IMG/VR virus record: IMGVR_UViG_3300026881_000001
Coordinates: 1-50,075 of that record
Strand: one strand, 5' to 3'
DNA length: 50,075 nt
DNA from: a virus
Taxonomy: Duplodnaviria > Caudoviricetes
The notes under the pieces are model-generated. The model was not told the DNA's origin. It worked only from the letters and a program-made list of their open reading frames with translations, and made no database searches. Both the position numbers and the translations under genes were made by a program. Positions 9,751-18,131 of the stretch are shown one piece after another (positions within the stretch are counted from its first letter, which is position 1; each line of letters begins with the position of its first letter).

Positions 9751-11133
9751 TCAAGCTGCATTAATCAGCTTCTTGTATTTTTTTATTCTCGCTTTTACTG
9801 CATCCATTAAAGCGTTTTGTCCTGTTGCTTTTCCTTCAATGGATTTTAAAACATCTTCATCCATGGTGCCACTAGCTACCAGATGATGAACGATAACAGG
9901 TTTAGTTTGCCCTTGCCTGTGTAAACGTGCGTTGGCCTGTTGATATAATTCAAGGCTCCACGTAAGCCCAAACCAAATGATAATATTACCGCCTGCTTGT
10001 AGATTCAACCCATGTCCTGCACTTGCTGGGTGTGCTAATAAAACAGGTATCTTTTGATCATTCCAATCTTTAATTTCTTTCGAAGATTTCAGCACTACAG
10101 GTTTATGCGCTTTCAGATATTGTTGCATTCTTTCAAGATCATGCTTGAAAGAATAGAATACGAGAATCGGTTGCCCGTTCGATACTTCGATTATCTCCTC
10201 CAATGCTTCAAGTTTTGCCTCATGAATGCTATGGTAAACTTTAGTATCATCGTAAATTGCGCCATTGGCAAATTGTAAAAGCTTATTGCTTAGAACCGCA
10301 GCATTAACAGCAGTTATGTCGTTGATCTCTTCCAAAGCCAAAACCTGTTTTCTCTCAAACTCATTATATTGGCTCATCACTTTAGCTGATAATTTGATCG
10401 GAACTATCCTATCGATACGTTGCGGCAAAGCCAGGTAATCTTCGCTTTTCATGCTGATACATATATCGCCGATCTTTTTATAAATGTTCTTTGCCCGTTC
10501 ATCTCTCAGCTTATAGCTGTGTACAAAAGCTCCTTGTCTTGCATCAGGCTTAAAATACCGCTCACGATAACCGCCTATTTTATCGCCTAATCTTTCTCCT
10601 TTATCTAAAAGATATATTTGCGCCCAAAGATCAAGTAAGCTGTTAGGTGCTGGTGTCCCGGTTAAACCCACAATACGTTTTATCAATGGCCTTATACTTC
10701 TTAAAGCTCTGAAACGAATTGCCTTTGATGATTTAAAACTTGATAGCTCATCAATTACCACCATATCGAACGGAAAGGCTAAACCGTAAAGACTTACAAG
10801 CCAAGCAACATTATCTCTACTTATGATGTATATATCAGCTTTAGCTTTTAATGCTCTTATCCTTTCAGATTCAGAACCTATTACCAGCGATAATTTCAAC
10901 CTTTTCAAATGTTCCCATTTATTCGCTTCTGTGCTCCAGGTATCTTCAGCTACTCTTTTAGGAGCTATTACCAAAGTTTTATTAACCTCTAATTCTTCAA
11001 ACATCAATCGTTGAATAGCAGATAACGTGATTGTAGTTTTACCCAAACCCATTTCTAAGAAAAGGCCGCAACTTGGATTATTCAAAATGTGTTCTTCTGC
11101 ATGCTGCTGGTATGGATAAGGCGTATAAATCAT
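9751..11133 (-). CDS. SNF2-like superfamily II helicase
   Basis: EMGLGKT, VVIDELS, LTGTP, GHGLNLQ, QANARLHRQGQ. Confidence 0.95.
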   Translation of the reverse strand: MIYTPYPYQQHAEEHILNNPSCGLFLEMGLGKTTITLSAIQRLMFEELEVNKTLVIAPKRVAEDTWSTEANKWEHLKRLKLSLVIGSESERIRALKAKADIYIISRDNVAWLVSLYGLAFPFDMVVIDELSSFKSSKAIRFRALRSIRPLIKRIVGLTGTPAPNSLLDLWAQIYLLDKGERLGDKIGGYRERYFKPDARQGAFVHSYKLRDERAKNIYKKIGDICISMKSEDYLALPQRIDRIVPIKLSAKVMSQYNEFERKQVLALEEINDITAVNAAVLSNKLLQFANGAIYDDTKVYHSIHEAKLEALEEIIEVSNGQPILVFYSFKHDLERMQQYLKAHKPVVLKSSKEIKDWNDQKIPVLLAHPASAGHGLNLQAGGNIIIWFGLTWSLELYQQANARLHRQGQTKPVIVHHLVASGTMDEDVLKSIEGKATGQNALMDAVKARIKKYKKLINAA

Positions 11134-11492
11134 TTCTGTATGGCGTTTAAAAATTCTCTCAATAATTCCTGTGTGTCGATCACGTAAACTGTAAATCCTA
11201 ATTTCCGTAGCTGCGCTATTACTATCTCTTGCCTGGGACTTGGTTTTTTACCGGTACTCTTCAACTCAACAAACCATATCTGGCCACCTGGCATTAAAAC
11301 AATCCGGTCCGGGAAACCGGTAAAGGACAAAACGAAAAACTTGATTGCAAGACCTCCAAGCTTTTTTACGGTTTCCCGTAATTTCTTTTCAAGTAGCTTC
11401 TCACTGGCTGGTTTTACCCCATCAATTTCAAACCTTCTACGGGTACCGGTAGGCTCAGTTAACGGGGTTGGTTGTGCTGTTGTAATTTTCAT
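11130..11492 (-). CDS. VRR-NUC domain nuclease
   Basis: GFPDRIVL...WFVELKS.GKKPSPRQ. Confidence 0.92.
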   Translation of the reverse strand: MKITTAQPTPLTEPTGTRRRFEIDGVKPASEKLLEKKLRETVKKLGGLAIKFFVLSFTGFPDRIVLMPGGQIWFVELKSTGKKPSPRQEIVIAQLRKLGFTVYVIDTQELLREFLNAIQK

Positions 11493-11515
11493 CTATTAAA
11501 CTTTTTCTTTTTATG

Positions 11516-11771
11516 TGTAACCACTGTGCCACAAAAACCTTATAAAGTATATTTACGCGTATTAGGCAGGTTTACGGGTTCAATTTTCTCTCTAATCATT
11601 CTTTTTATGCTATTAGGTCTATTTTGTGGCACAGTGGTAACAAATCCTTGTAACTAATTGATATTGTTATTTTTAGGTGTTACCACAAAGCCTATTTTTT
11701 GTGGAACATTGTGGCACAGTGGTAACACTTTTAACTTCCGTTTGTTCCACCAATTTTTTCTTTGTGGAACA
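11516..11771. repeat. Putative replication origin with iterons and a long inverted repeat
   Basis: TGTAACCACTGTGCCACAAAA (11516-11536) is inverted to TTTTGTGGCACAGTGGTAACA (11622-11642); direct copy at 11709-11727; further TGTGG(A/T)ACA half-sites; lies at the 3' end of the primase gene. Confidence 0.65.
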
Positions 11772-14214
11772 CTTTTTTGGTATTTATAAGTGTCGATTTA
11801 TGGTTACCAGAAAGACGCACATACGCCTTTTGTGGCCCATAAATTTTGAATCTTAGTTTACCCGTACTTCCTTCACTCCAATCCTCTAACGTCTGCATTA
11901 TGCTATGCAAATCCTTCGTATTATGCGTAGTCATATCCTTTTGCATGCCCCCGAACAATTCACACCATATTTCAGCAATACAAACGCGATCACGCACTAT
12001 CGTACCTTCCGGTTGCAGCTCATCACCCCGCAGGAATTCCCGGCGTTTAAATACATCATAATCATCCCAGTCAACAGGTAATTTGGTATCCAGGTACTTT
12101 TGAATAATACCTGCACGTTCATCAACTTCACTATGATCTCTTTGTACCTGCTTTGCTTCTTCTTCTACCTCAGCACTTAAAAACAATGGTTCTCCGGCCT
12201 TATATCGCACTATTGCTTCTGCCCATAGCTGGTTAATCACTTCATTGGTTAACTCCGTGAAAATGTTCTTTATGGGCTTTATTTCGTGTATATCTACCGG
12301 CCAAAAGCGGCGGTTACCAGAAGGATCACGTAAGAAATTGAGGTTATTGGATGTACCGAAGAATGCGCACTGCCGGGGGAAATTCTCTACCCTGCGACCA
12401 AAGGCTACGCGGTACCGGTCTTCACGCTTAGACATAAAGTGTTTGATGGTTTCAATATCAGCTTTCTTTAAACCGGCTAATTCCGCTACCTCTACCAACC
12501 ATACACCTTGTATTTGTTCAAAAGCTTCCTTGCCCTGTATGGTGCCAAGACTATCACTATACCACTCTTTGCCCATCTTATCAATGAGGTAACTTTTACC
12601 TTTTCCTTGCGGACCTACCGTAACAAGCACATGATCGAACTTAATACCCGGCTGAAAAATGCGAGCTACCGCAGCGGTAAAAGCTTTTCGCGTTACAGCA
12701 TGCGTGTACCGGCAATCTTTCGCGCCCAGGTAATCCACTAATAAACGGTCTAACCTATCGCGGCCATCCCATTTAAGTGATTGCAGGTAATCTTTCACCG
12801 GGTGAAAACTGTTATTGCTTACAGTAATATCCAGTGCATCTTTAACTTTTTGTATTCCGGTGATGTTATAGGTAGCTTCCAGGTAATGCCGTAAACTGGC
12901 ATCGTCAGTATCGACCAGGTATTTTGTTACCGGTGTTATCTTGCGCCATGGCAGGTTACGCAAAGCAACTTCACGTTTTTCAAAAGCATTAAGGGCAAAA
13001 CAGCCTTTTAGGTTTGGGTCATTAGCAAGGATAGTAACGATATTGTTAATGGTAGCATGATAATGTCCTTTGCGGTCAACATCCATTTCACCAAGCCAAT
13101 CGTCGTTTCCTTCTTCTGCTTCGTCAAAATCCACGTTATCGAAATCACCTTTTGCGTCCTGTAGACGCTCAGTGCCTAATTGCTTACGCACTTTCACATC
13201 CTTGGTTGCAAACTCTGTCATTGCCAGATACGACGGCAGTTTGTTACCTGGTGTACCTTCCTTAGTGTCTTCATCCTTCAATCCGTATTTGTGTAGGCGC
13301 ACCAGGTCGAAGGAGTTACATAGCTTTCCACTGATAGGATCTGTGCCATGGTGGCTAAAGGCGTATTTATCTTCGTACAGCACCAAGCCGCCCGAGGTGC
13401 TGCCTTCTTTATAAGTAAACCGGCCTTCAACGTCGCAGCTTTCATACACATCATCAAGGAATAATTCTATTACATCGGTAATACTGTACGTACGGCACCA
13501 TGCGCCGACAATACCCGGCTTTTCGGTTGGGTCTCCTTGCTTCTTGGCAGCTTGCCCAATTACATTTTGTTCACGGGAACTAACCGGCCATTCGCTGGTA
13601 TCCTTCCAGTCGTGGTAAGTTGCAAGTATCTCGTCTGCACTTAACCAGTCGCCATCCTGGTAGTCAAACATAAAAGCGCCATCTTTTGAAGTAGACGGCC
13701 AATACATTAACCTCGAAGGCTGGAAGGTCGTGTGATCGAAATAATCAATACCCAGTATGCCGGCAATGCGCCGGGAAATAGCCATGTACTCATCAGGGAA
13801 CACCTGGCGATCAAGGGGCAGGATGAGCCGCAAACGGGGTGATTCAGGGCTATGTTTATGTGTTGAGTAGATAGCAGCAGCGTTACCATATAACAGGGTG
13901 AAATCGTCCCAAATGTCCTGGGTAGCGAAATCAATGTCCAGTGTAACGAGCTGGCGGTGCATCACAGACCCCGATTTACGCCGGCCACCTGTCAGGTATC
14001 CACCTACAAAGCCGCCTATATCCTTTATTTCATCCTGCCGGGATTTTTTTGCCGCCATATACTCAGCGTGCGTTTCAGCGGTGTAATGTGTTACACTGAG
14101 CTTTTGTACCAGCGTGGACCAGAGCATTTCCCTGTTTTTCCAGTTCTTTGTTTGTCTATCCCGGCCAAGGGCTATATCGAATGTTCCGTCATTTATTATA
14201 TTGATCTCAGGCAT
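11731..14214 (-). CDS. Primase/helicase with VirE (virulence-associated E) domain
   Basis: N-terminal prim-pol motifs (LDID, YSTHKH..PRLRL); FHPVKDYL..LKWDG; Walker A GPQGKGKS; DPSGNRRFWP. Confidence 0.93.
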   Translation of the reverse strand: MPEINIINDGTFDIALGRDRQTKNWKNREMLWSTLVQKLSVTHYTAETHAEYMAAKKSRQDEIKDIGGFVGGYLTGGRRKSGSVMHRQLVTLDIDFATQDIWDDFTLLYGNAAAIYSTHKHSPESPRLRLILPLDRQVFPDEYMAISRRIAGILGIDYFDHTTFQPSRLMYWPSTSKDGAFMFDYQDGDWLSADEILATYHDWKDTSEWPVSSREQNVIGQAAKKQGDPTEKPGIVGAWCRTYSITDVIELFLDDVYESCDVEGRFTYKEGSTSGGLVLYEDKYAFSHHGTDPISGKLCNSFDLVRLHKYGLKDEDTKEGTPGNKLPSYLAMTEFATKDVKVRKQLGTERLQDAKGDFDNVDFDEAEEGNDDWLGEMDVDRKGHYHATINNIVTILANDPNLKGCFALNAFEKREVALRNLPWRKITPVTKYLVDTDDASLRHYLEATYNITGIQKVKDALDITVSNNSFHPVKDYLQSLKWDGRDRLDRLLVDYLGAKDCRYTHAVTRKAFTAAVARIFQPGIKFDHVLVTVGPQGKGKSYLIDKMGKEWYSDSLGTIQGKEAFEQIQGVWLVEVAELAGLKKADIETIKHFMSKREDRYRVAFGRRVENFPRQCAFFGTSNNLNFLRDPSGNRRFWPVDIHEIKPIKNIFTELTNEVINQLWAEAIVRYKAGEPLFLSAEVEEEAKQVQRDHSEVDERAGIIQKYLDTKLPVDWDDYDVFKRREFLRGDELQPEGTIVRDRVCIAEIWCELFGGMQKDMTTHNTKDLHSIMQTLEDWSEGSTGKLRFKIYGPQKAYVRLSGNHKSTLINTKKVFHKEKIGGTNGS

Positions 14215-14269
14215 TTTATTATCTACAGTTTACAAGTAGGGATAAGGTTTAAAACAGGAAGCGGATAAC

Positions 14270-14560
14270 TTAATTACCCGGCAATCCGCTACTTACAATA
14301 CGGTAGGGCGAGTGATTGCTATACACAGCTTTCGGCCTTTCAAAGCTCACAAGCGAGGGCGCTTCTTGCTTCTTAGGGGTTTTAGAAGGCCGTACGTTCT
14401 TAACCGCATATCGTTTGCGGGCGGCTTCGTAGATCCTGTTAACCACATCCGTAGTAGTATCAAGTTCTAAGGCGGTCTTTCTAAGTGTCCAGCCGTTATC
14501 ATTGATCTTTTCCCAAACTAAGCGTAGGGTAGCTTCATCATATATTGCGGGCATAATCAA
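14270..14560 (-). CDS. Small basic HTH-like protein coupled to the RT stop codon
   Basis: 96 aa (TTG start; ATG two codons later), GWTLRKTALELDTTTDVVNRIY resembles an HTH. Confidence 0.6.
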   Translation of the reverse strand: MIMPAIYDEATLRLVWEKINDNGWTLRKTALELDTTTDVVNRIYEAARKRYAVKNVRPSKTPKKQEAPSLVSFERPKAVYSNHSPYRIVSSGLPGN

Positions 14561-15522
14561 GCAGCTTTTTGGTGAATTAATTTCTTTACGAGGTGTTTAC
14601 TGTTACAGTGTTTCGCCCACCCCATATAAGCGGCAACTGTCAATTGATTAGCCCCTTGGGCTATCTTACGGGCAAAATTTTTCTTGATCGACTTACGTAG
14701 TAATATGTACCTATGGTAGAACTTATAACCGAGGAAGTCAATACCGCGGGCAGCTACAGGAAACACCTGATAATTGCCTTTAACAGTCAGGTTTAGCTCT
14801 TCGTGTAAATAGCGGGTGATCTCTGCTAAAAGGTTATGCAGGTATTCTTTATTATCGCTGAGGATAACAATATCGTCCGCATATCGGAAGTAGTATTTAA
14901 CTCCTTTCTGTTCTTTGATCCAGTGATCGAAGTAGGTGAGATAAAAATTTGCGAGGTATTGGCTTAGGTAACTACCTATCGGTAAACCAGGCGCACTATC
15001 AATTATGTTGTTCAGTAGAGAAAGTACACGCCAATCTTTGATTTTACGGCGCAACAGGGCTTTTAGGATATAATGATCTACGCTGGGGTAGAATTTCTTT
15101 ATATCCAGTTTCAGGCAATATTGCGTTTCCTGTTCATTACGCAATGCCTTTTTTACTGCATTAGCAGCAGGGTGTATGCCTTTGCCTTTAATACAACTGT
15201 ATGTGTCGGCTGTAAAGGTCTTTGCAATAACAGGCTCTAATACGTGAGTAGCAAGAAGATAATGTACTATGCGATCAGGGTAAAAAGGGAGTGAGTAAAT
15301 GTCTCTTTCCTTTGGGTCCTGTATTTGGAATACGAAATATTGAGAGGTTTTAAAGCGCCTCGTTATCAATAGTTGTTGAAGGATTTTAATATTTTCTTCT
15401 TTATTTGCGAGAAATCTTTGTACCCCTTTTTGATCATATTTTCCACGACAGGCTTTACCGGCAGCGATAGTTATATTTTCTATGCTGCACATTTCATTAT
15501 ACAAATTATCTTCTCTTCTCAT
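14557..15522 (-). CDS. DGR reverse transcriptase
   Basis: 321 aa; DPKER, PDRIVH, LKLDIKKFYPSV, GLPIGSYLSQ (DGR-type SQ motif), RYADD, GIDFLGY; no maturase or endonuclease domain; TR immediately upstream. Confidence 0.96.
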   Translation of the reverse strand: MRREDNLYNEMCSIENITIAAGKACRGKYDQKGVQRFLANKEENIKILQQLLITRRFKTSQYFVFQIQDPKERDIYSLPFYPDRIVHYLLATHVLEPVIAKTFTADTYSCIKGKGIHPAANAVKKALRNEQETQYCLKLDIKKFYPSVDHYILKALLRRKIKDWRVLSLLNNIIDSAPGLPIGSYLSQYLANFYLTYFDHWIKEQKGVKYYFRYADDIVILSDNKEYLHNLLAEITRYLHEELNLTVKGNYQVFPVAARGIDFLGYKFYHRYILLRKSIKKNFARKIAQGANQLTVAAYMGWAKHCNSKHLVKKLIHQKAA

Positions 15523-15740
15523 AGCCTTTGCTTTGTAAAACCCATCTTCGCCCTTAAAACAGGCTACCAGTGGGTTTCATTGTATCAGTGATTTTTTACC
15601 AAGAGGTAAGGTCTGTATCGTAGTATAATTGTTTTAGCCAGGTGGGAACTAACGTTGGCGTTCGTGTTCCAGTTGTTGACGTTGTTGAAGACAAGACGAG
15701 AGCCAGAAACGCAAACATTAGTCCGACGATACACAACCTG
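15523..15740 (-). ncRNA. Putative DGR template RNA (TR plus structured flanks)
   Basis: Non-coding gap between target 1 and RT; TR enclosed by an inverted repeat (TGTATCGT 15614-15621 / ACGATACA 15726-15733); further hairpins at 15596-15609 and 15538-15577. Confidence 0.75.
15640..15705 (-). repeat. DGR template repeat (TR)
   Basis: GGC TCT CGT CTT GTC TTC AAC AAC GTC AAC AAC TGG AAC ACG AAC GCC AAC GTT AGT TCC CAC CT; 7 AAC codons, 17 adenines. Confidence 0.96.
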
Positions 15741-15749
15741 TTAACTATT

Positions 15750-16208
15750 TTAATATGTAAAAAACTCGTTCATTAAGTCAATAAATTGTCTACCAAAGTA
15801 TTCCGCTGTTTTTGCATCCGGGAAGCAAAGGCGGGAACTAACGCTGGCGCGCGTGAGCCAGAGGTTGACGTGGCTGAAGACAAGACGAGAGCCATTGTGC
15901 GTGTAGTATGGAACCCACTTGTATTGGTTAGTGTTTGAGAAATCCGGTACCCAATTGCCGATTAAAGCTTTGTTGATCACCAGCATCTTTTCAAAAGCGT
16001 TTCCACTTATAGAGCCTTTTGTGAACCTGGCTGCATTGGGGTCTTCACCAAGTTCGGCACAGGCATCTTCAAAGCTTTTAATTCTGTCAATTGGGCTAGT
16101 AGAAAAGGCGTTTTCGCCGAAGGTGCTTTTAAAAATCACCTTTAGTTCATTTGGAGCAGTTGGGTATAATTTCCTTGCTTCTGCCTCAGTGAGTTGTAAT
16201 GTTTTCAT
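15750..16208 (-). CDS. DGR target protein 1
   Basis: 152 aa; VR encodes GSRLVFSHVNLWLTRASVSSRL; paralog of targets 2 and 3 with an extra N-terminal segment of about 40 aa. Confidence 0.93.
   Translation of the reverse strand: MKTLQLTEAEARKLYPTAPNELKVIFKSTFGENAFSTSPIDRIKSFEDACAELGEDPNAARFTKGSISGNAFEKMLVINKALIGNWVPDFSNTNQYKWVPYYTHNGSRLVFSHVNLWLTRASVSSRLCFPDAKTAEYFGRQFIDLMNEFFTY
15829..15894 (-). repeat. DGR variable repeat VR1
   Basis: 66 bp, ungapped against TR, 10 mismatches, all at TR adenines. Confidence 0.96.
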
Positions 16209-16238
16209 CGCTATGTTTTTTTATGTTTGAAATATGGT

Positions 16239-18131
16239 TTATGCAACCTGTTGGATTGATGCGTCGTTACCTTCGTAAGCTTTACCCAAGTGCATTATCA
16301 ATTCACTTGGTACAGCATTACCTATCATTTTCTTATTTGCAGTCGAAGACTTTGAGAGCCTTGTTTTTTCTGGTATGGTCATTATGCGTAACATCTCTAC
16401 TTCTTTTAACATGCGCATGTTTATAGAGATAATACCATTTTCAGCCATGTATTTTTTGAGCTTTCTGTAATGTGCTGGATCATGGTCGAAAACCTCAATA
16501 GCCAATTCCCCCGTTTCTAAGGTTACCAGGTAATCAGGTGATTTATCCTGCCGGGCAATCAGCGTATTAGATGGGTTTGTTACAGCGTTCAAACCTTCGC
16601 TGAACCATTGGAAGTTGACCAGGTAATAATATTTTCTATTAGCTGTAATTATTCCTATGGTCTCGTGCAGTTCGGTAGACCTTTCCGAGCCATTGTTATA
16701 TGCAGTATCCATTAAAAACTTAGTTGTTACTAATGGATGTTTATCTTTTGTCATTACGGCGGGCGCAGGTTGAGTTAAACCGCTCCCATCCCCGCGCGAA
16801 TGGTATGTACTTAAGTGCTGTATAGTATGTAAGGCAATACGGTCTTTTGTACCTGAAGTATTAGCAGGTTCATCTACGGACTTCATATAGCCATTTCCAA
16901 AATAATGATCGATTAAATGCGCTTTTGCTACATTGAGGCCACCGAAACACGTAAGAGTAGGTGAAGGATTTTCTACAGAAGCCCCACTGGAAACATCAGT
17001 ATTATTTTTAGCGCTATTCGTTTTAACTATCCAGGTATCAATATTGCCTTTTAATACATGCTTATTTGTACCATTGATTAAACGATCGATTGTTTTGGAA
17101 GAAGTGATACGAGGAACCAATTTACCTTTTTGCGTTTTAAAGGATAAAACACTTTCTCCTTCATCTTCTAAATCCAAGCAAGGTTTTACAGGCATCCATG
17201 GTAATAAACCATTGCGCCCTTTTTTATCGTGTGTTTGCATTGGCCAAGTAGCAGAATTACCTTTACGGTTAAATTGCATGATTAATCTTACCCGGTGTTG
17301 TGGTATTCCGTAATCTGCACAATTCATTAACCTTTCATCAGTATTATAGCCCAAAGAGCAAATAAGCTTTTTCCACCTCTTGAAATCTTCCCCTTTGCCT
17401 TCTTCCTCAGGTATCATCCAAGGCTCAATTGTTCCCTTCTTTTTATTGATGATAAGAGGACATTGAGGCGCAGAGCCATCAGCGATATAAGAAGCAAAAA
17501 ACAGATCTTCGTTATCTAAATCGGGATTAAATTGTAAGGTTTTCTTTTTCTTGCCGGCGTTGATAATAACCTTGGGTATCATTGGCCCCCATAACCTGAA
17601 CTCTTTCACATTTTCTATCCAGATCGTATCAGGGTTTAATTCAATCACATATCTGTCTGCATGATCGGCAAGAGTACGGCTATCAGCATCACGGGATTTA
17701 CCACCCTTAGCGTTACTGAAATTGGTACATTCTAAGCTTAACCACAAATGCACCTTTATATCAGCATTGCGTTTTTTGATCTCGGCAATCATGTACCTGA
17801 TAATAGTAAGATCCGCTGTTCTGAAATCTTCTAAAAGATGCAGGCAATTAGGATGATTAGTTTTGTGTGTTTTGATAGCTAATTGCCAATGATTAATACA
17901 AGCTATTACCTTCCAGTTCTTTAGCATGCTAAAACCGGCAGTTACACCCCCCATACCGCAGAAGCCATCAACTACAATATGTTTTATAGAAAAGTGAGAA
18001 GCTTCGCGGATAATAGTTTCTATAAAGCTTCTATTATATTCCTTTTCGCCGCAAAAAATACGGTCTTCAGTAAAATGTAAGTTTGATTGCATCGTATTTC
18101 TTTTAATCCTTTCTGTAGTAATAGGTTTCAT
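16239..18131 (-). CDS. DNA (cytosine-5) methyltransferase, phage type
   Basis: Motif I DGFCGMGG, motif IV SLECTNFS, motif VI IENV, motif VIII QHRVR, motif X IGNAVP; true start may be a downstream Met. Confidence 0.9.
   Translation of the reverse strand: MKPITTERIKRNTMQSNLHFTEDRIFCGEKEYNRSFIETIIREASHFSIKHIVVDGFCGMGGVTAGFSMLKNWKVIACINHWQLAIKTHKTNHPNCLHLLEDFRTADLTIIRYMIAEIKKRNADIKVHLWLSLECTNFSNAKGGKSRDADSRTLADHADRYVIELNPDTIWIENVKEFRLWGPMIPKVIINAGKKKKTLQFNPDLDNEDLFFASYIADGSAPQCPLIINKKKGTIEPWMIPEEEGKGEDFKRWKKLICSLGYNTDERLMNCADYGIPQHRVRLIMQFNRKGNSATWPMQTHDKKGRNGLLPWMPVKPCLDLEDEGESVLSFKTQKGKLVPRITSSKTIDRLINGTNKHVLKGNIDTWIVKTNSAKNNTDVSSGASVENPSPTLTCFGGLNVAKAHLIDHYFGNGYMKSVDEPANTSGTKDRIALHTIQHLSTYHSRGDGSGLTQPAPAVMTKDKHPLVTTKFLMDTAYNNGSERSTELHETIGIITANRKYYYLVNFQWFSEGLNAVTNPSNTLIARQDKSPDYLVTLETGELAIEVFDHDPAHYRKLKKYMAENGIISINMRMLKEVEMLRIMTIPEKTRLSKSSTANKKMIGNAVPSELIMHLGKAYEGNDASIQQVA

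Noticed and set aside
14557-15522. RT as group II intron, retron or Abi RT
   Set aside because: Only 321 aa, no maturase/endonuclease domain, LSQ motif, no retron VTG motif, and clear TR/VR pairs with adenine-only mismatches
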